64,000 bases of DNA from Chloropicon primus (taxonomy: Eukaryota): positions 124,001 to 188,000 of the forward strand of contig CP060772.1 of assembly GCA_023205875.1 (NCBI GenBank), in the 5' to 3' direction. The position numbers were made by a program, and so were the translations under genes. Below the pieces are notes generated by a model that saw nothing but the letters and a program-made list of their open reading frames with translations, was not told the DNA's origin and did not search any database. Numbering within the stretch: position 1 is the first letter of the stretch; every line of letters starts with the position of its first letter. Shown one piece after another: positions 44,721-54,769 of this stretch.

Positions 44721-44839
44721 TGCTTTTCGTGCCGCTGGCCACGACAAGAGGCAGGGAAGGGCGAGAAGGGATCATCGAGCAAACCTTTCCTCCTCCTCCT
44801 CCTTCCTCCATGGAATGGACTCTCTCTCCTCCTCCGTCA

Positions 44840-45270
44840 ATCAAGTGATGGCTCTTTGGAAAGAGAGCGAGAGAGACCAAGACCAAGACCAAGAGACACA
44901 TACACATGCAATGGATGGATCAATCCCGATCCCCTCCTCTCCTCCCCCTGCTTCATCCCCCTGCTTCATCTCCTCTGTACTTCCTCCTCATTCTCATCAA
45001 GTGATGGCTCTTTGGAAAGAGAGCGAGAGACCAAGACGAAGACCAAGACCAAGACCAAGATCAAGAGACACATACACATGCAATGGATGGATCAATCCCG
45101 ATCCCCTCTCCTCCCCCTGCTTCATCCCCCTGCTTCATCTCCTCTGTACTTCCTCATTCTCATCAAGTGATGGCTCTTTGGAAAGAGAGCGAGAGACCAA
45201 GACCAAGACCAAGACCAAGACCAAGAGACACATACACATGCAATGGATGGATCAATCCCGATCCCTTCCC
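44840..45270. repeat. Three-copy tandem array (156- and 166-bp spacing) with internal (GACCAA)n
   Basis: CAAGTGATGGCTCTTTGGAAAGAGAGCGAGAGA...CACATACACATGCAATGGATGGATCAATCCCGATCCC occurs three times. Confidence 0.95.
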
Positions 45271-45995
45271 TTCCCCCTTCCCCTTCCCTTCATTCATTCA
45301 TTCTCATCTCCTGATCTGCTCCATCTTCCTCTCCTTTGGATCGTCTTTCCTCGAAAGCCGCCGGCCGCCATGGACCTGACGTGGACGTGTACATTTCCCA
45401 CTGTAGAGCCGGCCTGCGCCACGTGCTCGAGGAAGGTAAGAGAAAGCGATCACGAAGGCGGCTTGGATGGACACGATAGGAGATAAGAGAGGGATCATCG
45501 GATTCCTCGTCTCATCCTCTTTCGAAAGAGTCCGAGCTTGACCCATGGGACGTCATGATGAGGTCTGGGAGTTGCAAACACCATGGTTTGGAGCAAGTGT
45601 CTTGGGTCATCCTAGCCCATGAGTGGCGGAAATGGAAGGGGAGGAAGAAGGATGAGTCGCTTAATACCGGTATTACCGCAATCCTTGCCTCACGCTCTTT
45701 CGTTTGGTTACCCACATGACCCTTTTGACGTCAAGATCGAAGATGTTCTGACGGATTACTCGACATTCTTTCTTGGTGTCATCATGCAGGCCACAAGTGA
45801 TCACTGGTGGGGATCCCCTTTGCGTTTCGGTTTTGAAGGATTCCGGTGCTCGGAGCATTGGAGAAAGTTCTGGAGAAGATCTTGATCCAAGGAGAGGAGG
45901 AAGAGTTTGGTTGCTTTTGACTTTTTGGTATTAGTATTATTTTCTCTTTTGCAAGTGCAGCGCTGGAATAGGCTGTGAACTTGCTCTCACTTGTT

Positions 45996-46154
45996 ATGGA
46001 AGGGGAGTCAAGTGAGTCGGAGTCATCACTACCGTTTCAGTTGACAAGTAACTTTGCAGTGTATGCAGCAGACGTGAGCGATTTGAGGCAGTGGGGGATT
46101 GTAGCAAAGTACTGCGACAAGGGCTACGAGGACTGCGTGAAGATTCCCAGCTGA
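45996..46154 (+). promoter_or_regulatory. Conserved-peptide uORF (AdoMetDC leader peptide homolog), 52 aa
   Basis: MEGESSESESSLPFQLTSNFAVYAADVSDLRQWGIVAKYCDKGYEDCVKIPS*. The last 25 aa align ungapped to the plant SAMDC small uORF as recalled (EDVRPNGGIKKFKSSVYSNCSKRPS*). It ends 71 nt before the main ATG. Confidence 0.85.
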
Positions 46155-46225
46155 TAGTGGGTGGGTGAACCAAAGAGTTAGAGAGAGGGTTAGAAGTTAG
46201 AGAGTTAGAGAGAGAGAACACCACG

Positions 46226-48730
46226 ATGACTGGAACATTTTTCCCTCAACCGATTTTTGAGGGGGCGGAGAAGCGCCTGGAGCTGGACTTCGAGCTGGCC
46301 TGCCGGTCCGTGGAGGAAGTGATGGTGGTGGAGAGCGCGGACTCTGACTCCGAGGCCAGCTGCGGCCTCCGTACTTTGAAAGAGGCCGAGTGGAACAAGC
46401 TCTTGCAGCCCGCTGAGTGCTGCATCGTTTCCAGCAAGAGCAACGGGTACTGCGACGCGTACTTGCTGAGCGAGTCTAGCTTGTTCGTGTACGAGTCGAG
46501 GGTGGTGCTGAAAACGTGTGGGAGGACGAAAATTTTGGACGCGGTGCCAGGGATCGTCTCGGCCGCCTTGGAGAACCAGCAAATCGGCTTGAAGCTGAGG
46601 AGGGCCAAGTACTCGAGGTCAGCTTTCAAGTGCCCCGAGCAGCAGCCAGAGCCCCACACGAACTTTTCGCTCGAGGTGGAGGCCCTGAACGGACTCTTCG
46701 GTCACCTGAAAGGCGGCGGGCATGCCTACGTTCTGGGTGACCAGGTGAGCAACGCCCTGTGGCACGTTTACACCGCAGGGCAAGTCCAAGAAATGATCAT
46801 GGAGTCGAGGATCGCCAAGGAGGACCTGATGACCCTTGAGATATGCATGACTGGTCTGGACAGCAAGTACTGCGAGCAGTTCACGTGCGACGCGAATTCG
46901 AACTTGAAGGGAACGAAGAAGAAGCTGAGAACGGAGAGCGGCATTGAGAAAATGCTTGGCTCCCAGGAAGCCATCGACGACTACGTGTTTGATCCTTGCG
47001 GGTACTCCCTCAACTCGGTGAAGGGGGAGACTCTGGTCACCATCCACATCACCCCCGAGGACAGCTTTAGCTATGCCAGCATCGAGGTCTGCGGGATCAA
47101 GAGGTCCGAGGACTTCGACTCGAACGCGTTTGTGCAGCTCGTGGCCGATCTGTTCAAGCCCCAAAGCTTGTACGTCGTGGCAACGTGCGACGGTTTCGCC
47201 TCAGCTTTGGAGTGGTGCGACTGCAAGCTTGGCCACTCTGAGCCTGGCGCGGGCTCCGGGCAGATGTTTGAGAAGCTGTTCTCAGCCAACCAGGTCATGA
47301 CTAGGTACGGCAACTGCGCCTTCCACGCCTTCGCTTCCGATGGCGTGAGGGAGGAGTTCGGCTCTGGCAACATGGCGGCCAAGCTCGACAAGCCGCCTTT
47401 CTCGCCAATCACTGTTCTCAGGGAGGACGGCATGTCCTTCTCCGACTCGTCCAGCAGCGGCAGTAGCGAAGAGGCCCAGAGAGACGAGACTCTCCTTCCT
47501 TTGAGCGAGTCTGACATGGACACCAATTTTGTGAAGCGTGTTAGGGCGGACACGATCGAGACGTCCAACTGCGTCGAAAGATACGCGGGCTGCAAGATCA
47601 GGGAGTTGGGCCTTGAGGACACTTTCTACGTCTTTGATCTGGGCAACGTTTACCGGAGGATGAAGACGTGGCAGAGGCTCTTGCCTAGGGTAAAGCCCTT
47701 CTATGCGGTCAAGTGCAACCCTGATCCGGGCGTGCTTTCCACCCTGGCGTCCCTGGGCACTGGTTTTGATTGCGCATCCCAAATGGAGCTCGAGTCCGTC
47801 CTGTCCCTCGGAGTTTCTCCAGATTCGGTGGTCTACGCGAACGCCTGCAAGCGACCCAGCGACCTCAGGCACATGAGGCAGACCGGAACCCTCTTGACCA
47901 CCTTTGACTCGGAGAGCGAGCTCCTGAAGATCAAGCAGTACCACCCCTCTGCCCAAGTCGTGCTGAGAATCAGGGCAGACGACCCGAACGCGCGGTGCTA
48001 CCTTGGCAACAAGTACGGGGCCGAGACTTACGAGGTGGAGCACCTGCTGAGGAAGACCATCGAGCTCGGGCTGAACCTCGTTGGAGTCAGCTTCCACGTG
48101 GGAAGCGGCGCGAGCGATCCAGAGGCCTTCAGAATGGCCATTGGCCTGGCCAGGCAGGTTTTCAACGCCGCCCTGGCGCTCGGGATCACCACGATGGACT
48201 TGCTCGACATCGGAGGAGGCTTCAGCGGGGGCACGGGCGACGGCACCGAGGCCTTGGGAAAAGTGGCGAGAGTCATCAGAGCGAGTCTTGACAAGCACTT
48301 TGGGGAGGAGGGAAGGTACAGGATCATTGCGGAGCCTGGGAGGTACTTCTCCGAGGGAGCCTGCTCCCTCTTCACTTGCGTCTATGGCAAGAGGAGGAGG
48401 GAAGAAAAGATGGAGTACTGGCTCACGGACGGTCTCTACGGTTCGATGAACTGCGTGATCTACGACCACGCCAAGCTCGCTCCCAAGCCGTTTTTCCTCA
48501 AGTCCTCGGCGCCCGTGGAGGACCTGGACTTGTATTCTTCCACCCTCTTCGGGCCAACTTGTGATGGCTTGGACACCGTGCTCAAGGACGTGATGATGCC
48601 AAGGCTCGACAACGGGGACTGGATCATTTTCCCTGCGATGGGCGCCTACACCATCTCGGCCGCTTCCAACTTCAACGGCATCTCTGCCTGCGACCCACAA
48701 ATCTTTTACGTGGTGTCCAAGACAGAATAA
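46226..48730 (+). CDS. Bifunctional S-adenosylmethionine decarboxylase - ornithine decarboxylase fusion
   Basis: AdoMetDC: FEGAEKRLE, YLLSE-SSLFV pyruvoyl site, LKTCGRT, FDPCGYS, TIHITPE. ODC: PFYAVKCNPD (PLP Lys), HVGSG, DIGGGF, EPGRYF, GPTCDG, MGAYT, FNG. One uninterrupted 834-aa ORF. Confidence 0.92.
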   Translation: MTGTFFPQPIFEGAEKRLELDFELACRSVEEVMVVESADSDSEASCGLRTLKEAEWNKLLQPAECCIVSSKSNGYCDAYLLSESSLFVYESRVVLKTCGRTKILDAVPGIVSAALENQQIGLKLRRAKYSRSAFKCPEQQPEPHTNFSLEVEALNGLFGHLKGGGHAYVLGDQVSNALWHVYTAGQVQEMIMESRIAKEDLMTLEICMTGLDSKYCEQFTCDANSNLKGTKKKLRTESGIEKMLGSQEAIDDYVFDPCGYSLNSVKGETLVTIHITPEDSFSYASIEVCGIKRSEDFDSNAFVQLVADLFKPQSLYVVATCDGFASALEWCDCKLGHSEPGAGSGQMFEKLFSANQVMTRYGNCAFHAFASDGVREEFGSGNMAAKLDKPPFSPITVLREDGMSFSDSSSSGSSEEAQRDETLLPLSESDMDTNFVKRVRADTIETSNCVERYAGCKIRELGLEDTFYVFDLGNVYRRMKTWQRLLPRVKPFYAVKCNPDPGVLSTLASLGTGFDCASQMELESVLSLGVSPDSVVYANACKRPSDLRHMRQTGTLLTTFDSESELLKIKQYHPSAQVVLRIRADDPNARCYLGNKYGAETYEVEHLLRKTIELGLNLVGVSFHVGSGASDPEAFRMAIGLARQVFNAALALGITTMDLLDIGGGFSGGTGDGTEALGKVARVIRASLDKHFGEEGRYRIIAEPGRYFSEGACSLFTCVYGKRRREEKMEYWLTDGLYGSMNCVIYDHAKLAPKPFFLKSSAPVEDLDLYSSTLFGPTCDGLDTVLKDVMMPRLDNGDWIIFPAMGAYTISAASNFNGISACDPQIFYVVSKTE

Positions 48731-48988
48731 TAATGATTGAGAAAGGATGCAGGTGGACACCTACCTTTTTCAAGTAGTTTGCAATCCATGATCATGATGA
48801 GAGAACGACGATGATGAGAGAACGACGATGATGAGAGAACGACGGCGTCGGACGGTCGTGCATTAGGAAACTGGTGGTGTGCAAAAGCTCTTCTTCTCTT
48901 TCGAATCAATCACGCGCGTGATCGTTTTTAATTGGGGTTTATTAGAGTCTGAGAGCACACACACACACACACACACAGAGAACCGGAC

Positions 48989-49585
48989 TCAGGCCACTGG
49001 TGTGATGGTCTCTCCCTTCCACACGCCGTCCACGAACTGACCCCTTTGAGAGAGTCCGTTGGACATGAAGGTGTACACGCCAACGCCAGCGGGAACTCCC
49101 TCCTGGAAGCCACCCTCGAAGGTGGATCCGTCCTTGTAGACCCACTTTCCGGAGGTGAAGCTTCCTTCCTCCCACTTTCCTTCGAACGTGGAGCCACTGT
49201 CCTTGAAGAAATACTTCCCTTGTCCTTGCTTCTCACCGTTGGTCCACTCGCCCTCGTAAATATCGCCGTTCGCGTAGTTGAAAGTCCCCTTGCCGCTGTA
49301 CTTGTCCTCCAGCCATCCTCCGTCGTATTTGCTTCCATCAGGGAAAGTCATTACCCCTGTTCCGCTCTTTTTGTTCTCCAGGTATCCGCCCTCGTACGAG
49401 CCACCGTTCGCAAAGGTGTACTTGCCGCTCCCTTGCCTCTTCCCTTCCACCATATCTCCCTCATACACGTCCTTGGGACTCTCAGGGTCAAGCCCAGGGT
49501 AAGTCATCACACCCTTGCCGCTAGGCAATCCATCCACGAACTCTCCGTCCCAAGTTGGCTTCAAGTTCTCCTCTTCGTCAGCCAT
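48989..49585 (-). CDS. MORN-repeat protein (RSPH1-like)
   Basis: About seven YEGxW/FxxGKxxGxGxxTF repeats. Confidence 0.85.
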   Translation of the reverse strand: MADEEENLKPTWDGEFVDGLPSGKGVMTYPGLDPESPKDVYEGDMVEGKRQGSGKYTFANGGSYEGGYLENKKSGTGVMTFPDGSKYDGGWLEDKYSGKGTFNYANGDIYEGEWTNGEKQGQGKYFFKDSGSTFEGKWEEGSFTSGKWVYKDGSTFEGGFQEGVPAGVGVYTFMSNGLSQRGQFVDGVWKGETITPVA

Positions 49586-51004
49586 ACTGTCAGTGTCCTG
49601 TCGTCGTTGTCGTCGTCGTCGTCGACGGTGTTCCAGGGCAAGGACAACGAAAACACAATCAAAGCACGCACACAGGCAGAGAGAGGGTCAGTGACTCGGC
49701 GTATGTGTATATCTGAGAGAGAGAGAGAGAGAGAGGATGGTGTTTGGGTTCGGAGGAGGAGGAGAACCCAGTCTCACCCCTTTGCTTTGCTTTGGCCAAA
49801 GGCAAGATAAGGCAAGGGGAGTGGAGTGGATAATTCTTGGGGGAAGGTTGTGAGATGATTCCAGTGAGTGACTCACCTCGCTGTTGCCTTTGACTCTCTT
49901 CCCTGTGGAGCAAGAAGAAGAAGAAGAAGAAGAAGAAATAGGGCAAAGGAGGCAAAACACAAAGGTGTTCCTCTTGTCAGGATTTTTGGACTCCTCCATC
50001 CTCCACAGGACGCCATTCCTTTCAAGTGAGGGCTTGAAAGAAAGACGAGACCGAGATGCTTCCAACAATTGCGCTGCATCTTTGCACTCACGTCACCCTC
50101 GGGGTCACTCTTGGCCTCAAACTCACCTCTCTCTCTCTCTCTCTCTCTCTGCCTTGGTCTCAACGGACTTTTGGTCAAAGCTCTGAAAAATTTCCGTGGG
50201 ATCAGAGCACCTTCGCCAGCCTTGGAAAAATAACGTCACATGTAGAACAAAGAGGAGAAGAGGAAGCGTTCTTCCTATTCTTCCTCCTCCTTTTCGGTCC
50301 TGCTTTCTTCTCTCCACACTCCCTTCTCTCTCTCTCTCCTTTCTTTGATCCTCTCTCTTTCTCTCTCTCTCTCTTTCTCTTTCTCTTGGTTTCTCTCTTG
50401 GACGCCTTGCAGGTCAACCCCAAAGCGAGCCGATCGTAGTCGGGCAGCGATCCAAAAGGAGAAGCAAGAGGAGGTCCCCGCCGACGAGAGCCAGAGCCTG
50501 CACGTTTCCGGCCTCATCGGCACTTGCAGGAAGCAGCAGGAGTTTCTGCCTCGCCCATATGTCGACCCCGTCTCGCTCAAATCGGGCTCTAGAGCTCCTG
50601 GGAATACACGGAGTTGACGACGACGAGGACGAGTCGTGGGCGGTTACCTTTCCTTCTTGTCCGAGATCGCGGAGGTGAAACTACACGGCAACGTATCCAC
50701 CGGTTTCTTCAGAGAGAGGGAACATCGGAACATCGGAACATCTCTCTCTCTCTCTCTCTCTCTGTGCTTTGCTCTGCTTTGCTCTGCCTTTGCCTTTGTG
50801 TGAGAGGGGATTAAAATCAAAGTTTGTTATTGTATAATATTCTCATATATATATATATATATTGATATATTGATAAGAAGATAGATATGATCTAATTACC
50901 CGCCCCACGAGGGGAGCCGGTGGTGCACCGGATCCAAAGCATGCGCTCTCGCCTCGCGCGTGTGTGTCTTGGTCTCTCCTCCACTTCACAATTTCTCCCA
51001 GGTT

Positions 51005-51886
51005 TTAGCAGGACGCCCCGCTCCGGATGCCGGTGAGTCCGCACATGGCTCCGGAGACTTGGGCCATCTGCACCAGCCTCTCGGTATCCGAGGAGACGAG
51101 AGAGAGTCCGGATCCCTCGCAGAGGCACCCGCTGGAGCTCAGGTCGCTGAGCGCGCCGCAGTAAGCCTGGGGCAGTGGGATCACCGGCCTCCCGTCATTC
51201 TGGGCGGTCAGCAGGTCCAGATCCAGCTTGGTGCACTTGGACCTCAATTCCACCTCGCCTCCGAGTCCCCCCTTGATGCACTCGGCCCTCCTGCACCACT
51301 CGTAAAACTCGCTGCCTCGCGGCTCCACGTCTGGACTCGATGATGTTGGTGCTGGGGTGGTGTCCTCCGGCACCGAGGCCACGGAGGCGGTCCTGCCGGC
51401 GGGCGCCAGGAGCTGGGCCCCCGCGGCCATCAGGCTCGTCGGATCACCCAGCAGGCCGGTCAAGTTCCCCCCCGTGTCGATGTTCAGCATCAGCCTGACC
51501 TTGGGCTCGGCCTCGGGGGCGAAGCTGTCGAGGACCTTCTGCAGGGACTTGAGGGAGCCCACCAGGGGTCCAGCGGTGAAGGCGATCACCACCATGAGCT
51601 CGATCACGAGCAGGGCCCCGAGGACGCCGCCGGCGCTGAAGGCCGCGCACACGGACCGCCGGGAAAGCGAAGCCGGCGACCGGCGACGAGGGGACTGGTG
51701 GTTCTGGTGCTTGGTCTGCTGAAACAGCAATCCCCTCGTTGACGGGAAGCTCCTAGACGTGAAGCTTCCTCCGTTGTTCTGTCCGTCGGAGAGGTCCACC
51801 ACGACGTCGTCGTCCGGGTGGCAGGCAGCAGGGTACCCAACCTCCGAGGACTTGTGCTTGAGCTTCTTCTTCTGCTGAGCGCTCAT
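51005..51886 (-). CDS. Hypothetical single-pass membrane protein with a C-terminal Cys-rich domain
   Basis: Coding-like GC3 bias; TM GVLGALLVIELMVVIAF; eight Cys in the last about 100 aa. Start uncertain. Confidence 0.6.
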   Translation of the reverse strand: MSAQQKKKLKHKSSEVGYPAACHPDDDVVVDLSDGQNNGGSFTSRSFPSTRGLLFQQTKHQNHQSPRRRSPASLSRRSVCAAFSAGGVLGALLVIELMVVIAFTAGPLVGSLKSLQKVLDSFAPEAEPKVRLMLNIDTGGNLTGLLGDPTSLMAAGAQLLAPAGRTASVASVPEDTTPAPTSSSPDVEPRGSEFYEWCRRAECIKGGLGGEVELRSKCTKLDLDLLTAQNDGRPVIPLPQAYCGALSDLSSSGCLCEGSGLSLVSSDTERLVQMAQVSGAMCGLTGIRSGASC

Positions 51887-52337
51887 CGTCAAAGCAGAGG
51901 AAGAGCAGATTGTTACGGAATAAGCAGGAGGAGGACGCAGCAACAAGGAGGAGGTCTGGCGTGCCACAACAGCAAGGATAGAGGGGGTTCCGTCTTCTTC
52001 GTCGATTGCCCCAACAACAAGAATGAGATGCTGCAGCCGTTACGTGATCATCCTCGTCTGAACGAATTCCACGAATTCCACGGGAGACGTTATGGGTTAT
52101 TTCGATCTCGGAGAAAGAGAGAGAGGAGAGGAGACGACGACGCTGGCTTGCCAAGCTCATCCTCAATCCCCACCTTGGCCCTTCTCCTCGTCCTGCCATG
52201 CAAGTCCTGCCATGCATTGCGATGGCTCCATCCTCCCCTGTTCTGGGTTTGCTTGAGAGGGAGGGAGCGAAAGTAAAGGCAACGGGGGTCCAACCCATCC
52301 GCCTGTGTCCCTTTTGAGATCACCAAATTCCACTACA

Positions 52338-54326
52338 TTAAATATATTCAGAGGTGGAAAACATTGGGTTGACTACGGCCCCAGAAGTCATCTCGGTCTC
52401 GGCGGGTTTCGCTTCCCCCATACGAATAGTACGGTGTTGCGCCATCTCTCCCTGGTTCCCATCGCTCCCCAGGCCATTCCGGGCTGCTGATCCTACGACC
52501 CGCTCCCACTGTTGCGGCAAAAAGTGGCGGAAGGCCAAGCCCCCGAGTACACAGCACGCAGCAAAGCCGCCGAAGGCCACAGCAACTGTCCCGCCGGCAC
52601 TCAACGATCCACCAGATGATCCACCAGACGATCCACCAGACGATCCACCAGACGATGATGCACCAAACGATGCTGCTGGATTAGGCGGTGGTGGTGGACT
52701 CGGTGGTGGCGGCGGTGGACTCGGTGGTGGTGGCGGACTCGGTGGTGGTGGTGGACTCGGTGGTGGTGGTGGACTCGGTGGTGGCGGTGGTGGTGGTGGT
52801 GGCGGACTCGGTGGTGGTGGTGGACTCGGTGGTGGTGGTGGCGGTGGTGGCGGTGGTGGCGGTGGTGGCGGTACGTACCCGACCTTGATCACGAGCGCAT
52901 CAACCTCTTGGGTGGTGAGGGTGACGACGTTCTGGCCCAATGTGACGTCTTCGCCCTTGAAATTCCCGGCGATGTACGCGTTCCCGTACGAGTCCAGCGC
53001 GAGGGCCTCGCCTGAGTCGACGTCATTGTCGGTGCTGCCGCCGTACTGCCACACGGATTGGATCTCGCCGGAGGACGCCTCCAGCGCTGCCAGGTACATG
53101 GCCCTCGAGGAGGTCGAGGCGGTTGAGAGCGTGGCGCTGCCGAACTGCACGCCACTGCCGGCGAAGTGGCCCGTGACGTACACCTCGCCGGCAACCGCGA
53201 TGGAGTTGCCCTCGTCGTTGTTGCCATCGCCACCGATGGTTCGCGTCCACTGAACCTCGCCGGAGGAGGGTTTCAACTTCGCCACGAAGCCGTCGGCGGA
53301 TGAGCTGCTCATCGAGAGGTCCGAGCCAAGTTGCGCGGTGCCGCCCCCGAAGCGCCCCGTCACGTACACCGCCTCGTTGCTCAGCCCCAACCCATTCACA
53401 ACGTCATCGTTGCTGCTTCCAATGGTCTTCACCCAGGCCAATGCGCCATCGGAGGTGCCCAGCTTCACTATGTAGGCATCCGTCCCGCCATTAGCGCTCA
53501 GCGTGTTGCTTCCGAACTTTGCGTCATCGCCGGAGAAGTATCCAGCGGCGTACACAGCGCCATTCCGAACCGCTACCGTGTTCGCACCATCGTTGGAGGT
53601 CCCACCAAAGACCTTGCCCCACAACGGGGCGCCATGTGATGTGGACAGCTTGGCCACGAGGACGTCCTTAGCTCCACGGGAGGAAAAGGTGGTCCGAAAG
53701 AGCGCAGCACTCCCTTCGAAGGTCCCAGCCACAACCAGGTCGCCTCCCTCGAGGGCGATGGCAGTCAGCAGTGCGTCATACCAGCCAGCGAAGGTTTTGA
53801 TCCACAACAGTTCACCATCCGTGGCGGAAAGCTTGGCAACGAACGAGTCCTTGGAGTTGGAGCTGGAGCGCAAATTTATGGTTGACCCCGTCAAGGTGAA
53901 GCCCTCCCCGGTCCACCACCCGGTGACGTACACCGACTCCCCGTCCGCGGCTATCCCCGTGAAGCATTGTTCGCCGCCCTGGTCCGAGTCCGAGGACAAG
54001 CTCACGGCCCACAGCACGTTGCCGGTGGTGGCCTCGAGCGCCGCCACCACCCCCGAGCCTTCCGGGAGCTGGAACGACCCCAGTTGTGCCCCAGTTCCCC
54101 CCGAGCCCACCTTCCCCGTGAAGTATACCGTCGTGCCGCCGCCGTTTTGCGCCACAGTGACGGCGGTGCCTTCATCCGTGCCCAAGCCGGATACCGTCTG
54201 GACCCATCGCATCCGGTACGACTCCCCACCGCCTTCATATGTGCTGGCCACCACCCCAGGGGTCACCCACACCAGCAGCACCAGGACCCAAGCCAAAGCG
54301 GTCTTCACGACGAGACGTCGTCCCAT
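52338..54326 (-). CDS. Type I membrane/cell-surface protein: signal peptide, beta-propeller repeats (SBBP-like), SPn extensin-like stalk, TM
   Basis: Repeated D.G..IA.D..GNVYVTG.F...DAFVAKL....G...W...FGG units; (SPPPPP)n; TM VAVAFGGFAACCVLGGLAF. Confidence 0.8.
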   Translation of the reverse strand: MGRRLVVKTALAWVLVLLVWVTPGVVASTYEGGGESYRMRWVQTVSGLGTDEGTAVTVAQNGGGTTVYFTGKVGSGGTGAQLGSFQLPEGSGVVAALEATTGNVLWAVSLSSDSDQGGEQCFTGIAADGESVYVTGWWTGEGFTLTGSTINLRSSSNSKDSFVAKLSATDGELLWIKTFAGWYDALLTAIALEGGDLVVAGTFEGSAALFRTTFSSRGAKDVLVAKLSTSHGAPLWGKVFGGTSNDGANTVAVRNGAVYAAGYFSGDDAKFGSNTLSANGGTDAYIVKLGTSDGALAWVKTIGSSNDDVVNGLGLSNEAVYVTGRFGGGTAQLGSDLSMSSSSADGFVAKLKPSSGEVQWTRTIGGDGNNDEGNSIAVAGEVYVTGHFAGSGVQFGSATLSTASTSSRAMYLAALEASSGEIQSVWQYGGSTDNDVDSGEALALDSYGNAYIAGNFKGEDVTLGQNVVTLTTQEVDALVIKVGYVPPPPPPPPPPPPPPPSPPPPPSPPPPPPPPPPSPPPPPSPPPPPSPPPPPSPPPPPPSPPPPPNPAASFGASSSGGSSGGSSGGSSGGSLSAGGTVAVAFGGFAACCVLGGLAFRHFLPQQWERVVGSAARNGLGSDGNQGEMAQHRTIRMGEAKPAETEMTSGAVVNPMFSTSEYI

Positions 54327-54487
54327 AGCGTGCTACGGAGGCGCGCGGAGCGCAGATGGGAGAGGACTTTACAGGCTACAGGCTATGGGGATCAGTGTCA
54401 GTACCAAGGTCACGTCTTGCAACGCGGGGGTTGGTCCCCTCCGCCTGGGATATAGCACCCGCCTTGGCCACTTTCCTGGAACCTATG

Positions 54488-54525
54488 CCTAAAACCTAAA
54501 ATGCCTAAAACCTAAAACCTAAACC
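54488..54525. repeat. Interstitial telomere-like repeat (CCTAAAA)n / (TTTTAGG)n
   Basis: CCTAAAA CCTAAAA TG CCTAAAA CCTAAAA CCTAAA CC. Confidence 0.7.
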
Positions 54526-54730
54526 TTGAGACAGAGGGGGACAGAGGACGGTGTGGCAGTGCAGTGGGAGAGGAGAGGACAGGACGGTGATCTTCGGGGG
54601 GGTTGTTCGTGTTCATCTTGAAAGTAGGCACAATCCTGGCGAACAGGAACAAGGATGCTCTAGGATGGACGATCCTTTTCCGGAGCGAGGAAGCCAAGCA
54701 AGCAAGCAGGCGCAAACCTTTTTTCCTTTT

Positions 54731-54769
<39 letters not shown>

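Noticed and set aside
45583..45622. TCC TAG as an antizyme-like +1 frameshift site upstream of the polyamine gene
   Set aside because: The +1 frame stops after two codons (AGC CCA TGA), and no antizyme similarity is visible.
45619..45885. 88-aa uORF as the AdoMetDC leader homolog (GY...IEDV resemblance)
   Set aside because: The match is gapped and lacks the C-x-K-x-PS* end; the 45996-46154 uORF fits far better.
49855..50617. Possible small multi-exon gene on the + strand (donor 49864, acceptors 49980 and 50412)
   Set aside because: I could not assemble a consistent frame with a recognisable product.
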